Source: a virus
Strand: one strand, 5' to 3'
Length of the DNA: 64,000 nucleotides
IMG/VR virus record: IMGVR_UViG_3300047509_000088
Span: 31,371-95,370 of that record
The position numbers and the translations under genes were made by a program. This document shows positions 8,114 to 18,060 of this stretch, one piece after another. Position 1 is the first letter of the stretch; each line of letters begins with the position of its first letter. The notes under the pieces were generated by a model. That model was given only the letters and a program-made list of their open reading frames with translations. It was not told where the DNA came from and searched no databases.

Positions 8114-9082
8114 TCATCCCTTCCCGAGCTTGATCTCGCGGCCCACCTCGTCCGCAACCTGATTCACCTGCCAGACGACCAGCCCGATCAGACCGGAGAT
8201 GTTGGTCATCATCGTATGTCTCGGATCAGGCTCGGCCTGGATGTGCGCCTGGACCTCGAAGCTCTCATAGGCGCCGACGTTGACGACCCGCTTGGCGGTC
8301 GCGTGAAGCGCGAAGACGTCCGGCCGGAAGGGTGCGTCGGGATCGAGGTCGACCTTTGGGCGGTTCCGACTGCCGACCGGCCGACCGCGCCTGGGTCTCG
8401 GGGTGTCGACCGTCCGACCGTCCTCCCCCGGACCAGCCGGCTGATCATCCGCCGTCTGGTTGGGCGGGATCTCGTCGATTGGTACCGTGACGACCTCGCC
8501 GTTCGACATCATCACTCCGGCCTCGACGATCGTCCGGGTGTTCGCGGCTTCGGCCGTCAGGTCGGTCAGAGGTGGCGGCTCGGCAGCGGCCGGCGGTGGC
8601 GGTACGTGTGGCCCCGGCTCGGGGGCTGGCCTGGTGGCGGCCGTCTGACCGGCTGTCTGAACAACCGGCTGTTCGGCCGTCAGATCAACCGTCTGAACAA
8701 CCGTCTGGCCGATTGGAGGCGGGAGCGGAGGAGGTGGCGGCGGTCCAGCCGTCTGTTGTCCGGCCACCTGGACAGGCGGCGGCGGTGGCGGCGGGACGGG
8801 TGGACTGGCCGGAGCCGGAGGCGGGGTCGCCTTCGGGACAGATCGAGCGCGGGGGGCCATTCGCAATCTCCTTAACTTAATATGCCAGCAGTCGGGAGCG
8901 GTTTCGAGGCCCCCAGCGCGACATTCACACGTGATTGTTCCGTCAGATAATCCTACCTGACGGTATCGGGTTTGTCCATCCCGGCTGATAATTCGGGTTG
9001 TGTTTGGATCAAGAGTTCGATAGACCCGACGAACGCGAGCGATCTCTTCAATTGACGCCGAACGACTAAAGAGTTTTGCCAC
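8114..9082 (-). CDS. SWIM Zn-finger / AT-hook DNA-binding protein
   Basis: TCECRAG..CWHIK, Pro-rich linker, RRGRPVGSRNRPK. Confidence 0.7.
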   Translation of the reverse strand: MAKLFSRSASIEEIARVRRVYRTLDPNTTRIISRDGQTRYRQVGLSDGTITCECRAGGLETAPDCWHIKLRRLRMAPRARSVPKATPPPAPASPPVPPPPPPPVQVAGQQTAGPPPPPPLPPPIGQTVVQTVDLTAEQPVVQTAGQTAATRPAPEPGPHVPPPPAAAEPPPLTDLTAEAANTRTIVEAGVMMSNGEVVTVPIDEIPPNQTADDQPAGPGEDGRTVDTPRPRRGRPVGSRNRPKVDLDPDAPFRPDVFALHATAKRVVNVGAYESFEVQAHIQAEPDPRHTMMTNISGLIGLVVWQVNQVADEVGREIKLGKG

Positions 9083-9098
9083 TTGGTTGGCGGACTGA

Positions 9099-10013
9099 TC
9101 AAGAGGTGAATGCGGTCTTGATCCTGGTCCAGAGGGTTTCTAGGGCGGTGACCCGGCCGGTCAGAGCGGAGTCGTCGTATGCCGGTCCGGCCGGTCCAGT
9201 CGGGTAGGTCATGGCGACAGCCGCCTTGGCCGCCGTCCAGTCCTGCTCGACCTTGCCCGAGAGGTTGACGACCTTGTAGTAGACCTGTTGACTGCCGACG
9301 CCCACCACGCGGACCATGAAGTGCTGTCCGTCCGGGGACCAGTCGGTCCGCTCGGTACCGGGGACGCCGACTCCTCCCCAGTCCTCCAGGGTGACATTCG
9401 CCGGGTTGCCGTCTGGCGTGACCATGTGATAGATGTGGCCATTGCCGCCGACCACAGCGTCATCCCAGCGTCCATTTCCGGACGGGTGATACATTGAGTT
9501 TCCCTCCCTTGTGGGTGGCGGTCCTGGATCAGGCGCGGGTGCGGGCCCCAGACCGAGACTTGCCATCCAGCCGGGGTCCGTGATGTTCGAGACGTCGTAG
9601 TGGCCGCCGGCACCCATCGCCGGATCAGCGTACTGCACGGCCGCCGCACCCGGGATGCTGTGCGGACGTCCCGTGTAGTGTGCGATCCAGAGCGAGTAAT
9701 TGAGCCCCGCGCATGCAGCCTGGACGGCCATCATGGTACTGAGGTTGCAGTAGATACAGGGTTTCGCCAGACCGGCGGCCTGGCGCATCCTGATCCAGCC
9801 GGGACATTCGCCGGGGGTGGCGTCTCCGGTCTCGCAGTCGAGCACATGGCCGCCGTTCCACCCGGCCGAGACCGAGATGACCAGCTTGTACGGCGTGCTG
9901 AACCGGTCCCAGTCGGCCTGTGACCAGCGATAGATCCCGTTCCCGTATCCGCCGACGGCCGGAGCATCAGCCGGGATATCTCGGGCCGTGACCGAATCGT
10001 ACAAGTCAGCCAT
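9099..10013 (-). CDS. Endolysin, GH25-like muramidase with C-terminal binding domain
   Basis: LYDSV, VLDCETGD (DxE), CIYCN, LWIAHY, AVQY, YDVS; SD GGAGG before ATG 10013. Confidence 0.72.
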   Translation of the reverse strand: MADLYDSVTARDIPADAPAVGGYGNGIYRWSQADWDRFSTPYKLVISVSAGWNGGHVLDCETGDATPGECPGWIRMRQAAGLAKPCIYCNLSTMMAVQAACAGLNYSLWIAHYTGRPHSIPGAAAVQYADPAMGAGGHYDVSNITDPGWMASLGLGPAPAPDPGPPPTREGNSMYHPSGNGRWDDAVVGGNGHIYHMVTPDGNPANVTLEDWGGVGVPGTERTDWSPDGQHFMVRVVGVGSQQVYYKVVNLSGKVEQDWTAAKAAVAMTYPTGPAGPAYDDSALTGRVTALETLWTRIKTAFTS

Positions 10014-10354
10014 CAGTCCTCCTTCGGATAGACGAGCCGCATGATCGGCTTCGGATGGTGCCAGACGATTCTGGGATGACGAGCGTTCGGCAGGCCGTCC
10101 CGGCATTCGACACGACCCTCCCCCCGTCCCCTCCGAAACCACTCCTTCTTGGCCCAGATCGGCCACATCGACCAGGGCATCATGTCGAACATCAGCTCGA
10201 CCGACACCGGGGTCAAGGCGCCGTATACCTGAGCTTGAACCATGAAGTCGTGAGTGGGTCGAGGGTCCTGGAGAAGCTCGTCCGACATCACCGGATCAGT
10301 CAGCGCCGGGAGATGGGCGGCGAGATAGTCCTCCAGGTGGTCGCCAAGCGTCAT
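10013..10354 (-). CDS. Hypothetical protein
   Basis: Overlapping start/stop with neighbours. Confidence 0.55.
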   Translation of the reverse strand: MTLGDHLEDYLAAHLPALTDPVMSDELLQDPRPTHDFMVQAQVYGALTPVSVELMFDMMPWSMWPIWAKKEWFRRGRGEGRVECRDGLPNARHPRIVWHHPKPIMRLVYPKED

Positions 10355-10827
10355 CCCGGGAGCGGCGCTTCCATGGTGTTGGCCGGCGGCGCCAGCGGCG
10401 GGACAGACGGCCCCACGGGCTGTCCGATCTTCGGCTTCCGGACCCGCTTCGGCTTTGACGCGGTCTGTTCGGTCGCGGCCGGGACGTCGGCGGTCGAGGT
10501 GCCATTGCCGGCCTCACGCTTGGCGGCGCGAGCTGCACGTGCCTTGGCGAGCGCCGCACGCTTCCGGGCGAGGACTTCGGGGTCGGTGATCGGCCGGCGC
10601 GTCTTCTTGACCGGCTGATCGACCGTCTGACCGCCGGGCGGACGGCCGCGCCGCTTGCCGCCGGTTGAACCGATTGAACCGGGAACCGTGCCGAGCGCGG
10701 AGTGGACCTCGTCCAGCTCTGCCTTCAGGGTCGAGTTCTCGGCCTCCAGCTCGGCGTTTCGTGCGACCAGCGCGGCGATTGAGCCGGCGGCGCTTCCGGT
10801 GGTCCGTGTCTTCTTTCGGGGTGCCAT
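10351..10827 (-). CDS. Basic coiled-coil plus AT-hook nucleoid-associated-like protein
   Basis: Coiled coil, KRRGRPP, K/R/A-rich helix; leaderless promoter GTGACA-N17-TATCCT-N6-ATG. Confidence 0.7.
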   Translation of the reverse strand: MAPRKKTRTTGSAAGSIAALVARNAELEAENSTLKAELDEVHSALGTVPGSIGSTGGKRRGRPPGGQTVDQPVKKTRRPITDPEVLARKRAALAKARAARAAKREAGNGTSTADVPAATEQTASKPKRVRKPKIGQPVGPSVPPLAPPANTMEAPLPG

Positions 10828-10989
10828 TTCGCGAGGATACACTTTCTATCGGGCGATGTCACCAGAATTTCGAGATGAAGTGGGCGACGACATAGACGAT
10901 CAAGCCGATCAAACCGATTGCGACCAACGCGACGAAGACGAACCAAGCGACGAAGCATCCAGAGCTGGGTCCGGGTATGGACGGGCCGG

Positions 10990-11157
10990 TCATGAGATCA
11001 CCACGCCATCCGGGTCCAGCTCGACCTTGGTGACCTCGACCAGATCTTTCGCGTCGGCTGGCTCGCCGGCCTCGATCCGAAGGGGTTCAACCTGCATGAA
11101 AACGTCCACGCTCGGCGGCAGCTTCGATAGGAGGTTCTGTAGGCGCCAGTTCTTCAC
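10990..11157 (-). CDS. Hypothetical protein
   Basis: GTG at 11157 overlaps the upstream TGA. Confidence 0.5.
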   Translation of the reverse strand: MKNWRLQNLLSKLPPSVDVFMQVEPLRIEAGEPADAKDLVEVTKVELDPDGVVIS

Positions 11158-11558
11158 GATCCTTTCTCCAGCAGCTTCTTCGCGCGGCGTTCCAGCCGGC
11201 CGACCCAATCCGTCTGGCGCCGGGACGGAGCCATGACCACCCGCCCCAATTTGGCTTCCTGTCTGCGGAGCGCCTTGATCTGACTGGACAGGTGCTCGAC
11301 ATGGGCCCGTCCTTTCTCGAATCGGTCGGTCGGATCGACGTCGCCCAGGGCGTCCGCGATCTCCAGCTTGAGTGGCTTGTTCTCGGTCAGGCCGCCAGAT
11401 CCGGACGGTCGAGACATCGGGTTTCGCATCTTCGCCTCACTGACGGCTGGCAGAATATACGTCCTGTGCCACCATTCCTGCTCCTGTATGAGCTTACCGA
11501 TCTCCTTCAGGAGCATCATGCGTTGTAGCCGGACGTCTTTGTCTGCCTGTTTGGTCAT
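11154..11558 (-). CDS. Hypothetical protein
   Basis: ORF track; operon packing. Confidence 0.55.
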   Translation of the reverse strand: MTKQADKDVRLQRMMLLKEIGKLIQEQEWWHRTYILPAVSEAKMRNPMSRPSGSGGLTENKPLKLEIADALGDVDPTDRFEKGRAHVEHLSSQIKALRRQEAKLGRVVMAPSRRQTDWVGRLERRAKKLLEKGS

Positions 11559-11563
11559 ATCGG

Positions 11564-11896
11564 TTACTGAAGTCTTGCCGTGTCGGGATCAAGCTCGGAT
11601 CGCCCCTTCGCGATGGGCGGGTTGAAGTGGATGTGCGATCGGTTCCGGGCCCAGACCCAGACCGGCCCGGCATGGATGCCGGGCGACCCTATCCGGCAAA
11701 CAACCGGCGTCTCCTCGCCGATGACCATCCGCTTCCGCTCCGGGTCGGCCAGGACAATACAGGTCCCATCGTCTGTCTGCGCGGACCAGTAGTGCGCGCC
11801 CGTACCGGGATAGTTGGGGTCCTCGTGGTAGCCCATGTCCTCGACCACGGTTGCTGTTCGGGTAGTTCCTCCAAATGGCGTCGGCTTCCAACCCAT
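11564..11896 (-). CDS. Hypothetical protein (leaderless)
   Basis: TGGACGC-N10-TATACT-N6-ATG upstream (11903-11925). Confidence 0.65.
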   Translation of the reverse strand: MGWKPTPFGGTTRTATVVEDMGYHEDPNYPGTGAHYWSAQTDDGTCIVLADPERKRMVIGEETPVVCRIGSPGIHAGPVWVWARNRSHIHFNPPIAKGRSELDPDTARLQ

Positions 11897-11931
11897 CCCA
11901 GGAGTATATCAGGTTCGAGCGTCCAGCCGAT

Positions 11932-11975
11932 CAGCCGGTTTAGCCGGTTAGCCGGTTAGCCGGTTTAGCCGGTTA
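11932..11975. repeat. Tandem 8-9 bp microrepeat AGCCGGTT(T), about 5 copies
   Basis: cagccggtt tagccggttagccggttagccggtttagccggtt. Confidence 0.85.
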
Positions 11976-12203
11976 GACGGTCAATCTCTTACGCGGTGGC
12001 GGATAGACACGGATGGCTCGCTGGCAACACCACGTCTCGACCCGGTCATGCGAGTGCCGGACGTCCACCCCGAGATCGTCCTTCTCGTAACGCGTTTCGA
12101 CGCCATGACGAATGATCGTCACCACTCGGTTCATGTGATGACAGAGGCATCGACAGGACTGAAGGTCGTCGTTCGGGGGTAGTCTGTCATACTCAACTGT
12201 CAT
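11973..12203 (-). CDS. Hypothetical protein
   Basis: ATGA overlap with the SNF2 helicase stop. Confidence 0.5.
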   Translation of the reverse strand: MTVEYDRLPPNDDLQSCRCLCHHMNRVVTIIRHGVETRYEKDDLGVDVRHSHDRVETWCCQRAIRVYPPPRKRLTV

Positions 12204-13660
12204 CCCAGTACACTCTCCAGACTGATTGACGTGAACAATGAAGCCTTGTGGGTATCGTCGCCGATGATCTCGCTTATCCGTTCATCAAAGGTATTCTCGG
12301 CTTCGAGAATAATGACGGATAGATGATCATGTCGGGTAGTCAGGCGGTAGTTCCTGTCCAGGGATTGCAGGACCGCTTCCGTATCCGGAGTTCTAGAATG
12401 ATAAATCATAACGCTGGCTTCCGGCAGGTTGAGACCGGCACTACCCTTCGCAAGGGTGCTAACAAACACATCCGACTTACCTGACTTGAATGAGTCATGC
12501 GCAGCCAGGTTGATGCTGTCCCGACTGGGTCCGGAGCCGTAGTAAGCAACCGCCTTATACCCGGCTTGAACGAGTAGGTCGGTAACCCTCTGGCATTCCG
12601 GCCTGAACGCGGTCCAGACAATCGCCTTCTCGCTCTCGATCTCGGGCATGATCACGTCTATCAGGTGACGGGTCTTGGCATTATCGTCATGCCACTGCCA
12701 TCTATCCGTATCAATTGCCTCGAACCCGGCTGTCACTTGACATAACCTGAGCATCTCCGTCAGCCGGGAGGTGATCGCCCCTTCTACAATTCGGCCGGTC
12801 TCGGGGTCGGTCAGACGGACTTTCAATTCTCGCCGGATGTAGTTGTACGATTTCCTCTGCCAGTCCGGCAGCGTCAGTCGGTCATACCGAAACGTCCTGG
12901 GGATATTCAACACGGCCGACTTGGGGACCTGGTATCTAACCGAATCCAAAAGGCGGTTCAATCCGGCTGGGTCTTTGACGACCAGCTCCTTGCCGCGACC
13001 ATCTACTACGAGAAATCGATCGATAAATTCCTGTTTGTTCCCGGGCTTCAAGGAGCCGTCTGGGCGCTGAACGGTCCAGGCGCCGAGCCAGCGAAGTATC
13101 GGATAAAGGTCGGTCGTATTCTTGATCATCGGCAAACCGGACATGGCCAACTTGAAGTCGGCGTCTAATCGGGGCTGGTGATAATTGGTCAACAACTTGG
13201 TTCGAGCGGCCGAGGCGGTTCGGAAGCCGGCGCACTCGTCGATCACGATCATGTCCCACTCGTACCCGGCCAAGATCTTGCCGAATGCTGGCAGATCTTC
13301 GCGGTCGTGGACCCATACGGTCGCCTCGTCAGGCGGGGTTTCTTCGAGCAACCTTTGTCGCTTTACACGCGGACAATCCAGGATCACATATTTGAGGTTA
13401 GGGGCGTGGGTTCGTAGTTGATCTTGCCAGACTGTCCGGAGGTTGGAGTGTCTTGCCAGGACGAGGACTTGACAGGTTGGTCTGTGGACTGTCAGCTCAA
13501 GAATCTCTTCAATCGCTGATAGAGATTTCCCCAAACCTAACCCCGCCTCCAATAGGCAATTTTCATGCAGTTGACCGTCGACCTGGCCGCGCCTGAACTG
13601 TTTGAACTGATATTGATGCCAATGCGGTTTGGTCGGCGATCTCCACTTAATTTGGGTCAT
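12200..13660 (-). CDS. SNF2-family (SF2) helicase
   Basis: GLGKS, IVIDEC, MSGLP, RLCQV, SAGLNL, QSLDRNYR. Confidence 0.92.
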   Translation of the reverse strand: MTQIKWRSPTKPHWHQYQFKQFRRGQVDGQLHENCLLEAGLGLGKSLSAIEEILELTVHRPTCQVLVLARHSNLRTVWQDQLRTHAPNLKYVILDCPRVKRQRLLEETPPDEATVWVHDREDLPAFGKILAGYEWDMIVIDECAGFRTASAARTKLLTNYHQPRLDADFKLAMSGLPMIKNTTDLYPILRWLGAWTVQRPDGSLKPGNKQEFIDRFLVVDGRGKELVVKDPAGLNRLLDSVRYQVPKSAVLNIPRTFRYDRLTLPDWQRKSYNYIRRELKVRLTDPETGRIVEGAITSRLTEMLRLCQVTAGFEAIDTDRWQWHDDNAKTRHLIDVIMPEIESEKAIVWTAFRPECQRVTDLLVQAGYKAVAYYGSGPSRDSINLAAHDSFKSGKSDVFVSTLAKGSAGLNLPEASVMIYHSRTPDTEAVLQSLDRNYRLTTRHDHLSVIILEAENTFDERISEIIGDDTHKASLFTSISLESVLG

Positions 13661-13666
13661 GACTTC

Positions 13667-13981
13667 TCATGACTTCTCTTGGGCGCGGCGCTTCTCGATA
13701 TCGGCGATCACCTCCGAGAACGACTTACCGGTCCTCTGCTCCCAGGCGGCGGTCATCTCCGGGGTTATGTAGTCGTCGTCCGATTCGTACACCAATCGAG
13801 GGTGGGTCGGATAGGTCTGGTTCTCGGCGTCGATCATGGACCCGCAGACGGCGTGCTTCTCGAACCAGGCGTCGAGCTTGGCTTCGAGGTCCGGCTTGGT
13901 GGCCCAGGGCTTCACGAAGTGCTTGGCGAGCATGAAGTCGTCACCACAGACACACCGTAAATACATGCGGTCGTTAGCCAT
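13667..13981 (-). CDS. Hypothetical phage protein
   Basis: MANDRMYLRCVCG..WFEKH..C. Confidence 0.6.
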   Translation of the reverse strand: MANDRMYLRCVCGDDFMLAKHFVKPWATKPDLEAKLDAWFEKHAVCGSMIDAENQTYPTHPRLVYESDDDYITPEMTAAWEQRTGKSFSEVIADIEKRRAQEKS

Positions 13982-14093
13982 TATCTCGCGAGTATCTCCC
14001 ACCACATCATCAGGACCAGAGTCGTCTCGATCCAGAGGATAAGCGCCATGATGCGATTGACGATCTCCCAGGTTGATTGATTAGATTGGTCGG

Positions 14094-14261
14094 TCATTGG
14101 TTCGAGTCTGGGTCGTACATCTGAGTCGGCCAGATTGTGTAATGAGCCCACTCGTGTAAACGGGAAATCCACTGCCAGTCAACTCGCCGATTCCAGATCA
14201 GCCAATTCGTGAACTGCCAGATCCACCAGAGCGGATACCGGAGTGGATTCCTCGGGTTCAC
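14094..14261 (-). CDS. Small Trp-rich protein (55 aa, leaderless)
   Basis: Below the ORF-track cutoff. MNPRNPLRYPLWWIWQFTNWLIWNRRVDWQW...; GTG lies 6 nt after TGATATACT. Confidence 0.55.
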   Translation of the reverse strand: MNPRNPLRYPLWWIWQFTNWLIWNRRVDWQWISRLHEWAHYTIWPTQMYDPDSNQ

Positions 14262-14498
14262 GGCCGGAGTATATCACCACGGACCGTCCAACCTCGTCAA
14301 GCTGGTTAGACGGAAGAGACGCCGGTTGGCGTACCGGCGCCTCGCATGCCAGACGACCGACCGATTGTCCGAAACAGGTGTCATCGAGTTTGGGACGGGA
14401 TCGATCTTACCACCGGCCTAGCCGGCTGGATGGGAGAGATCTGAGCCAGCGGAGGCAGGGTTCCTCGCCCTGGAGGTTCCTCCGCTGACCGATCAAGT

Positions 14499-15023
14499 CT
14501 ACCTCAGCCGAGCGACCGTCTCGACGTCCTCTTGGAGGTAGAAGACATTCATCGGACTCCAGTACAGGCTCCGAATCGACCCCTGTTTGGCCAGAAGCTG
14601 GAGGCTTGATCGGCCGATCGACAACCGCCGCCTGGTGTCCGCGCCGGTCAGGTAGCCCTCCGGCGCCGGAACCTTGATCCCCAGCTCGGCTACGGCCTTC
14701 ATGTCCAATCCGTCAAGATCGGACTCCAGCACCCACGTTCCCCCCAGCGGGTTCGGGAGCGTGACCCCAGTGACCAAGCCGGCCTCTACGAGCGCTGGGA
14801 CGTGGTTCCTGGATATTCTCAGGCGCTTGGCGGCCTCCGGCGCCGAGATGTACTCCTCGGGCAGCCGGTACGTCGCGCGGAACCGCTTAACGCTCCCAGG
14901 CGTGACCCCTCCCCCCTCGGCCGGTTCCAGTCGGCCGATCCGAAGGAGGTACATCACGTGCGGATAGCCGATTCCCAGGAGATCCGCAGCTTCGTCATAC
15001 CCTAGCTTCGCGGCGACCTCCAT
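14499..15023 (-). CDS. DNA-binding protein with three excisionase/MerR-like HTH repeats
   Basis: GYDEAADLLGI, ISAPEAAKRLRIS, LTGADTRRRLSIG; own promoter at 15032-15054. Confidence 0.8.
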   Translation of the reverse strand: MEVAAKLGYDEAADLLGIGYPHVMYLLRIGRLEPAEGGGVTPGSVKRFRATYRLPEEYISAPEAAKRLRISRNHVPALVEAGLVTGVTLPNPLGGTWVLESDLDGLDMKAVAELGIKVPAPEGYLTGADTRRRLSIGRSSLQLLAKQGSIRSLYWSPMNVFYLQEDVETVARLR

Positions 15024-15042
15024 GACCTCCGAGTATATCCGG

Positions 15043-15336
15043 CTAGGGCGTACGCGCAGTCTCGATTGATTCGATTGATTCGAGCCGGTGATCTAGCCGG
15101 TGATGGCGCACGGCTGCCAGGTAGGACGTCATCAGGATCGTCCCGACCTCGGTGGGGCGGTTGGCGACCATCTCGGGGTCGAAGCTGAACTGGTACTCGC
15201 CGCCGTACGGGTCCACGATCAGGACCATGACCACATGCGCCTCACGGGCCGCCTGATGGAGGCTGGACGGGCGAGTCCTGGGCGGCTTGACGGTCCTAGC
15301 CGGCTGGTCGACTATTCGATTGGTCGGCTGATTCAT
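15043..15336 (-). CDS. Hypothetical protein
   Basis: ATGA overlap with the sortase stop. Confidence 0.5.
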   Translation of the reverse strand: MNQPTNRIVDQPARTVKPPRTRPSSLHQAAREAHVVMVLIVDPYGGEYQFSFDPEMVANRPTEVGTILMTSYLAAVRHHRLDHRLESIESIETARTP

Positions 15337-15920
15337 CTCGAATCCTCGATCTTCTTGGTCCAGAGCCATCGCCAATCCAGGCGGGCGATCACCACCGTCC
15401 TCCGATCATACGTCCCCGCCGCCTGATCCCACGCCCCAGCACAGGTCAGTAGCGAGATGATCGAGGCCCCGTCCGGGCTGAACAGATCGGCCAGGTCAGA
15501 GTTGTACGGGACCGACCTGACTGAAACGACGTGATAAACGAGGTCATACCCGGTTAGGTCGTCAATCTGGATAAGATCCCCAAGCTTGAGCTGATCGAGG
15601 TGAGAGAAGACGGCCGGAACAATCTGGGGTCTACCCGTCTGTCTGTTGAGAGGTCCGTACCAGTCAAGATGTCCTGCCATGACCGTTCCGCCAGACTGAC
15701 CTGGCGACTGTCCGAGTGACCACCAGGCTACGTCCTGACCGTTCGTAGGAACCCCCATCCGTCCAGCCGAGTCCTCGCCTACAGGAACAACCGGAGCGCT
15801 GACTCCAAGGGCGGGTATGACTATCCGGGCAGGAGCCTGGATAGACGGAGGAGCGGCGGCCACGTCGGCCACCGCTCCCTGAACCTGGATCGCCGCCAGT
15901 ATAGCGCCGAGCAGGATCAT
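15333..15920 (-). CDS. Class F sortase
   Basis: PARIVIPALGV, VAWW, PG..G..VMAGHLD, LLTCAG..YDRR (H-C-R triad); SD GGAGG and hydrophobic N-terminus. Confidence 0.92.
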   Translation of the reverse strand: MILLGAILAAIQVQGAVADVAAAPPSIQAPARIVIPALGVSAPVVPVGEDSAGRMGVPTNGQDVAWWSLGQSPGQSGGTVMAGHLDWYGPLNRQTGRPQIVPAVFSHLDQLKLGDLIQIDDLTGYDLVYHVVSVRSVPYNSDLADLFSPDGASIISLLTCAGAWDQAAGTYDRRTVVIARLDWRWLWTKKIEDSR

Positions 15921-15942
15921 CCTCCCTCTCACGGTCGACCTT

Positions 15943-16392
15943 CTATCCCGGGTCGACGCCCGTGGCCGGCGCCAGGGGAACAACCGTCCGACGGACCGGG
16001 TGGACGACAACCGGAACATCAACGTCCTCAACCGGCACCGGGACAGTCACGACCACGGTAACCGGCGGGGGAGGCGTCGCAACCGGCGTCGGGACTGGCG
16101 TCGGGACGGGGGTAGGAGTGGGGGTGGGAATGGGCGTGGGGCACTTGTACTCGCAGGGCGGCGGCGAGCACTTGGGCTGATGATCGCCGGTGGTGGTCGC
16201 GACGACGCACGGCGGCGGCTTGCAGCCATGCGTATCGGGACAGGGGGTCGGACAGTAGGTCGAACAGGGCGGGTTGCCGGCGGCGGCGCTGACCACCCCG
16301 AACCCAACCACGCCCATCAGACCGAGGATCGCGGACAGAACGATTGAACCAATTGAACGAATTGGACCGACTGAACGAATTGATCGCTTCAT
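15943..16392 (-). CDS. Secreted Cys/Pro/Thr-rich protein with LPxTG-like APATG, probable sortase substrate
   Basis: Signal peptide, Cys-rich CPTPC repeats, PT linker, ends VPLAPATGVDPG. Confidence 0.7.
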   Translation of the reverse strand: MKRSIRSVGPIRSIGSIVLSAILGLMGVVGFGVVSAAAGNPPCSTYCPTPCPDTHGCKPPPCVVATTTGDHQPKCSPPPCEYKCPTPIPTPTPTPVPTPVPTPVATPPPPVTVVVTVPVPVEDVDVPVVVHPVRRTVVPLAPATGVDPG

Positions 16393-16647
16393 GCCGGGGA
16401 CCATAACACGAAATCATCCGTTAATCCGTGCCGAGTTTTGGTCGGACCCGTCAATCAGGAAGACAAGCGGAAACAGACATGTCGTCAGGACCGTCATCAG
16501 AGCGGCGTACAGCTTCTCGCGAAAGTCATCCGGCCGGGTGGTCGGGCGATTGGGGAGTGGGGCGTGGATCATCTCTTCCTTCTATCTCGGTTAAAGGTCT
16601 ATCCGGATTGAGCAGCCAGGCAAGCCAGCGCAAGACAAACGTCCCCG

Positions 16648-17789
16648 TCATCTTGACTGGATGAACCGGATGACGTCGGTGAAAGCGCCGATCTCGGAGA
16701 CTAGGCGAACCTTCCGGGTCTGGGTCTGACCATCCGATTCCAGGGAATGCTCGCGGTCCTCGATCTGACGGCGACAGTATTGAACGACGTCAAACGACGA
16801 TACAGGGGCGGTGGCGAGCTTGATTTGGTCTGTCATGTCGACCTCGAAGTTGGGCGGCTGGTATTGGCCTCTGGAGTTTAGCCGATTGGAAGTTTAGCCG
16901 ATTGGGACGAGGTAGTCAAACCTCATGATCAGGTAGACCGCCGATCCGGCCAGGACCAGGACGACGATTGTCCAGAGGATTGTTCGGAAGATGTCCCGGA
17001 TGAGATCGATCGGTTTCATCTCAGCCTGCCGGGATTGATCCACCTGTCATACGGCGCCGTCACGGTTATCCAGACGGCCCAGACCGCGAGCACGACCAGG
17101 AAGATTGGAATGGCCATGATCCCGAAGAGAACGTCGCCGAGGGGCGGTATGTGACGACGGCGATTCGTCAGGTTGGCTCTGAGGTCCAGCCGGTCAGTCA
17201 TCCGGCCGCAGCTCGTCGCCCGCGAAGACGAACGCTACTGCGATCAGCGGCGCCGCGAAGACCGCGAAGACCGTGAACATCCCGCCCGCGAACCGTCTGA
17301 TCAGGTTCGGCGAGGGCGAGGGGAGGGGTTGGGCGATGTTCCGGCTGATGTCGTCGATCAGTCTGTTGAAGTCGGTCTGCTCAGTTGATCCGGTCTGCTC
17401 AGTTGATCCGGTCTGCTCTCTGGTCATGATCCCTCTGGCCTGGTGTGGCCGTCTGACGGTTGGCTGTATACCGTCATCACGATGATCGGGATGAGGATAT
17501 GGGTCGACAGGTTGCGCGAGACCCTGAGAAGCTGAAGCCGGATCTCGGTGCCGTGGCCGGGCGTCGGGTCCTCGGCCGGCGGGACCTGGCTGATCAGAAC
17601 CTCCAGCTCGTGTATGCGGGTGACGAGCAGCTCTATCGTGTCGCCCATCTCCTCGGCCTTCTTGGCGACGGCTTCGCAGGCGGCGGACTTGACCGGCTTG
17701 TCGGCTGGCTGGCTGTCGGCTGGCTGGTTGTCGTCCGGTCGGCTATCACCTGACGGCGCCTGACGGGGCCCCCTGATCATGACGTCCAC
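16648..17789 (-). other. Cluster of small hypothetical and membrane protein genes (16648-16836, 17016-17201, 17194-17427, 17424-17789)
   Basis: Overlapping short ORFs, two with single TM helices. Confidence 0.55.
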
Positions 17790-18009
17790 CTCTCAAACAG
17801 CTCGGCGTCGGGCCCGGAGAATGGTTCGGGTGGACGGCGCTTGGACGGAAGGGGATAGGCTTCCACAATCCCGAGGGTCCAGGCCAGGCCCAGTCCGAAC
17901 TTGGCGATCAGGCGGATCATCCAGGTCATGTCAAATTGGTCTCCTGCTTGGTGCCCCAGCCCGACTGTCGGGCTGGGGCGTGGAAAGAGGGTGAATTCTG
18001 TTTAGTAAG

Positions 18010-18042
18010 AGGAGGGCCAGCCCAAGCCTGAACTGACCCTCC
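18010..18042 (-). terminator. Probable intrinsic terminator after DUF932
   Basis: GGAGGGTCAGTT..GGCTGGCCCTCC followed by TCTT. Confidence 0.55.
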
Positions 18043-18060
18043 GATTGAAGGAGGAGTGTT

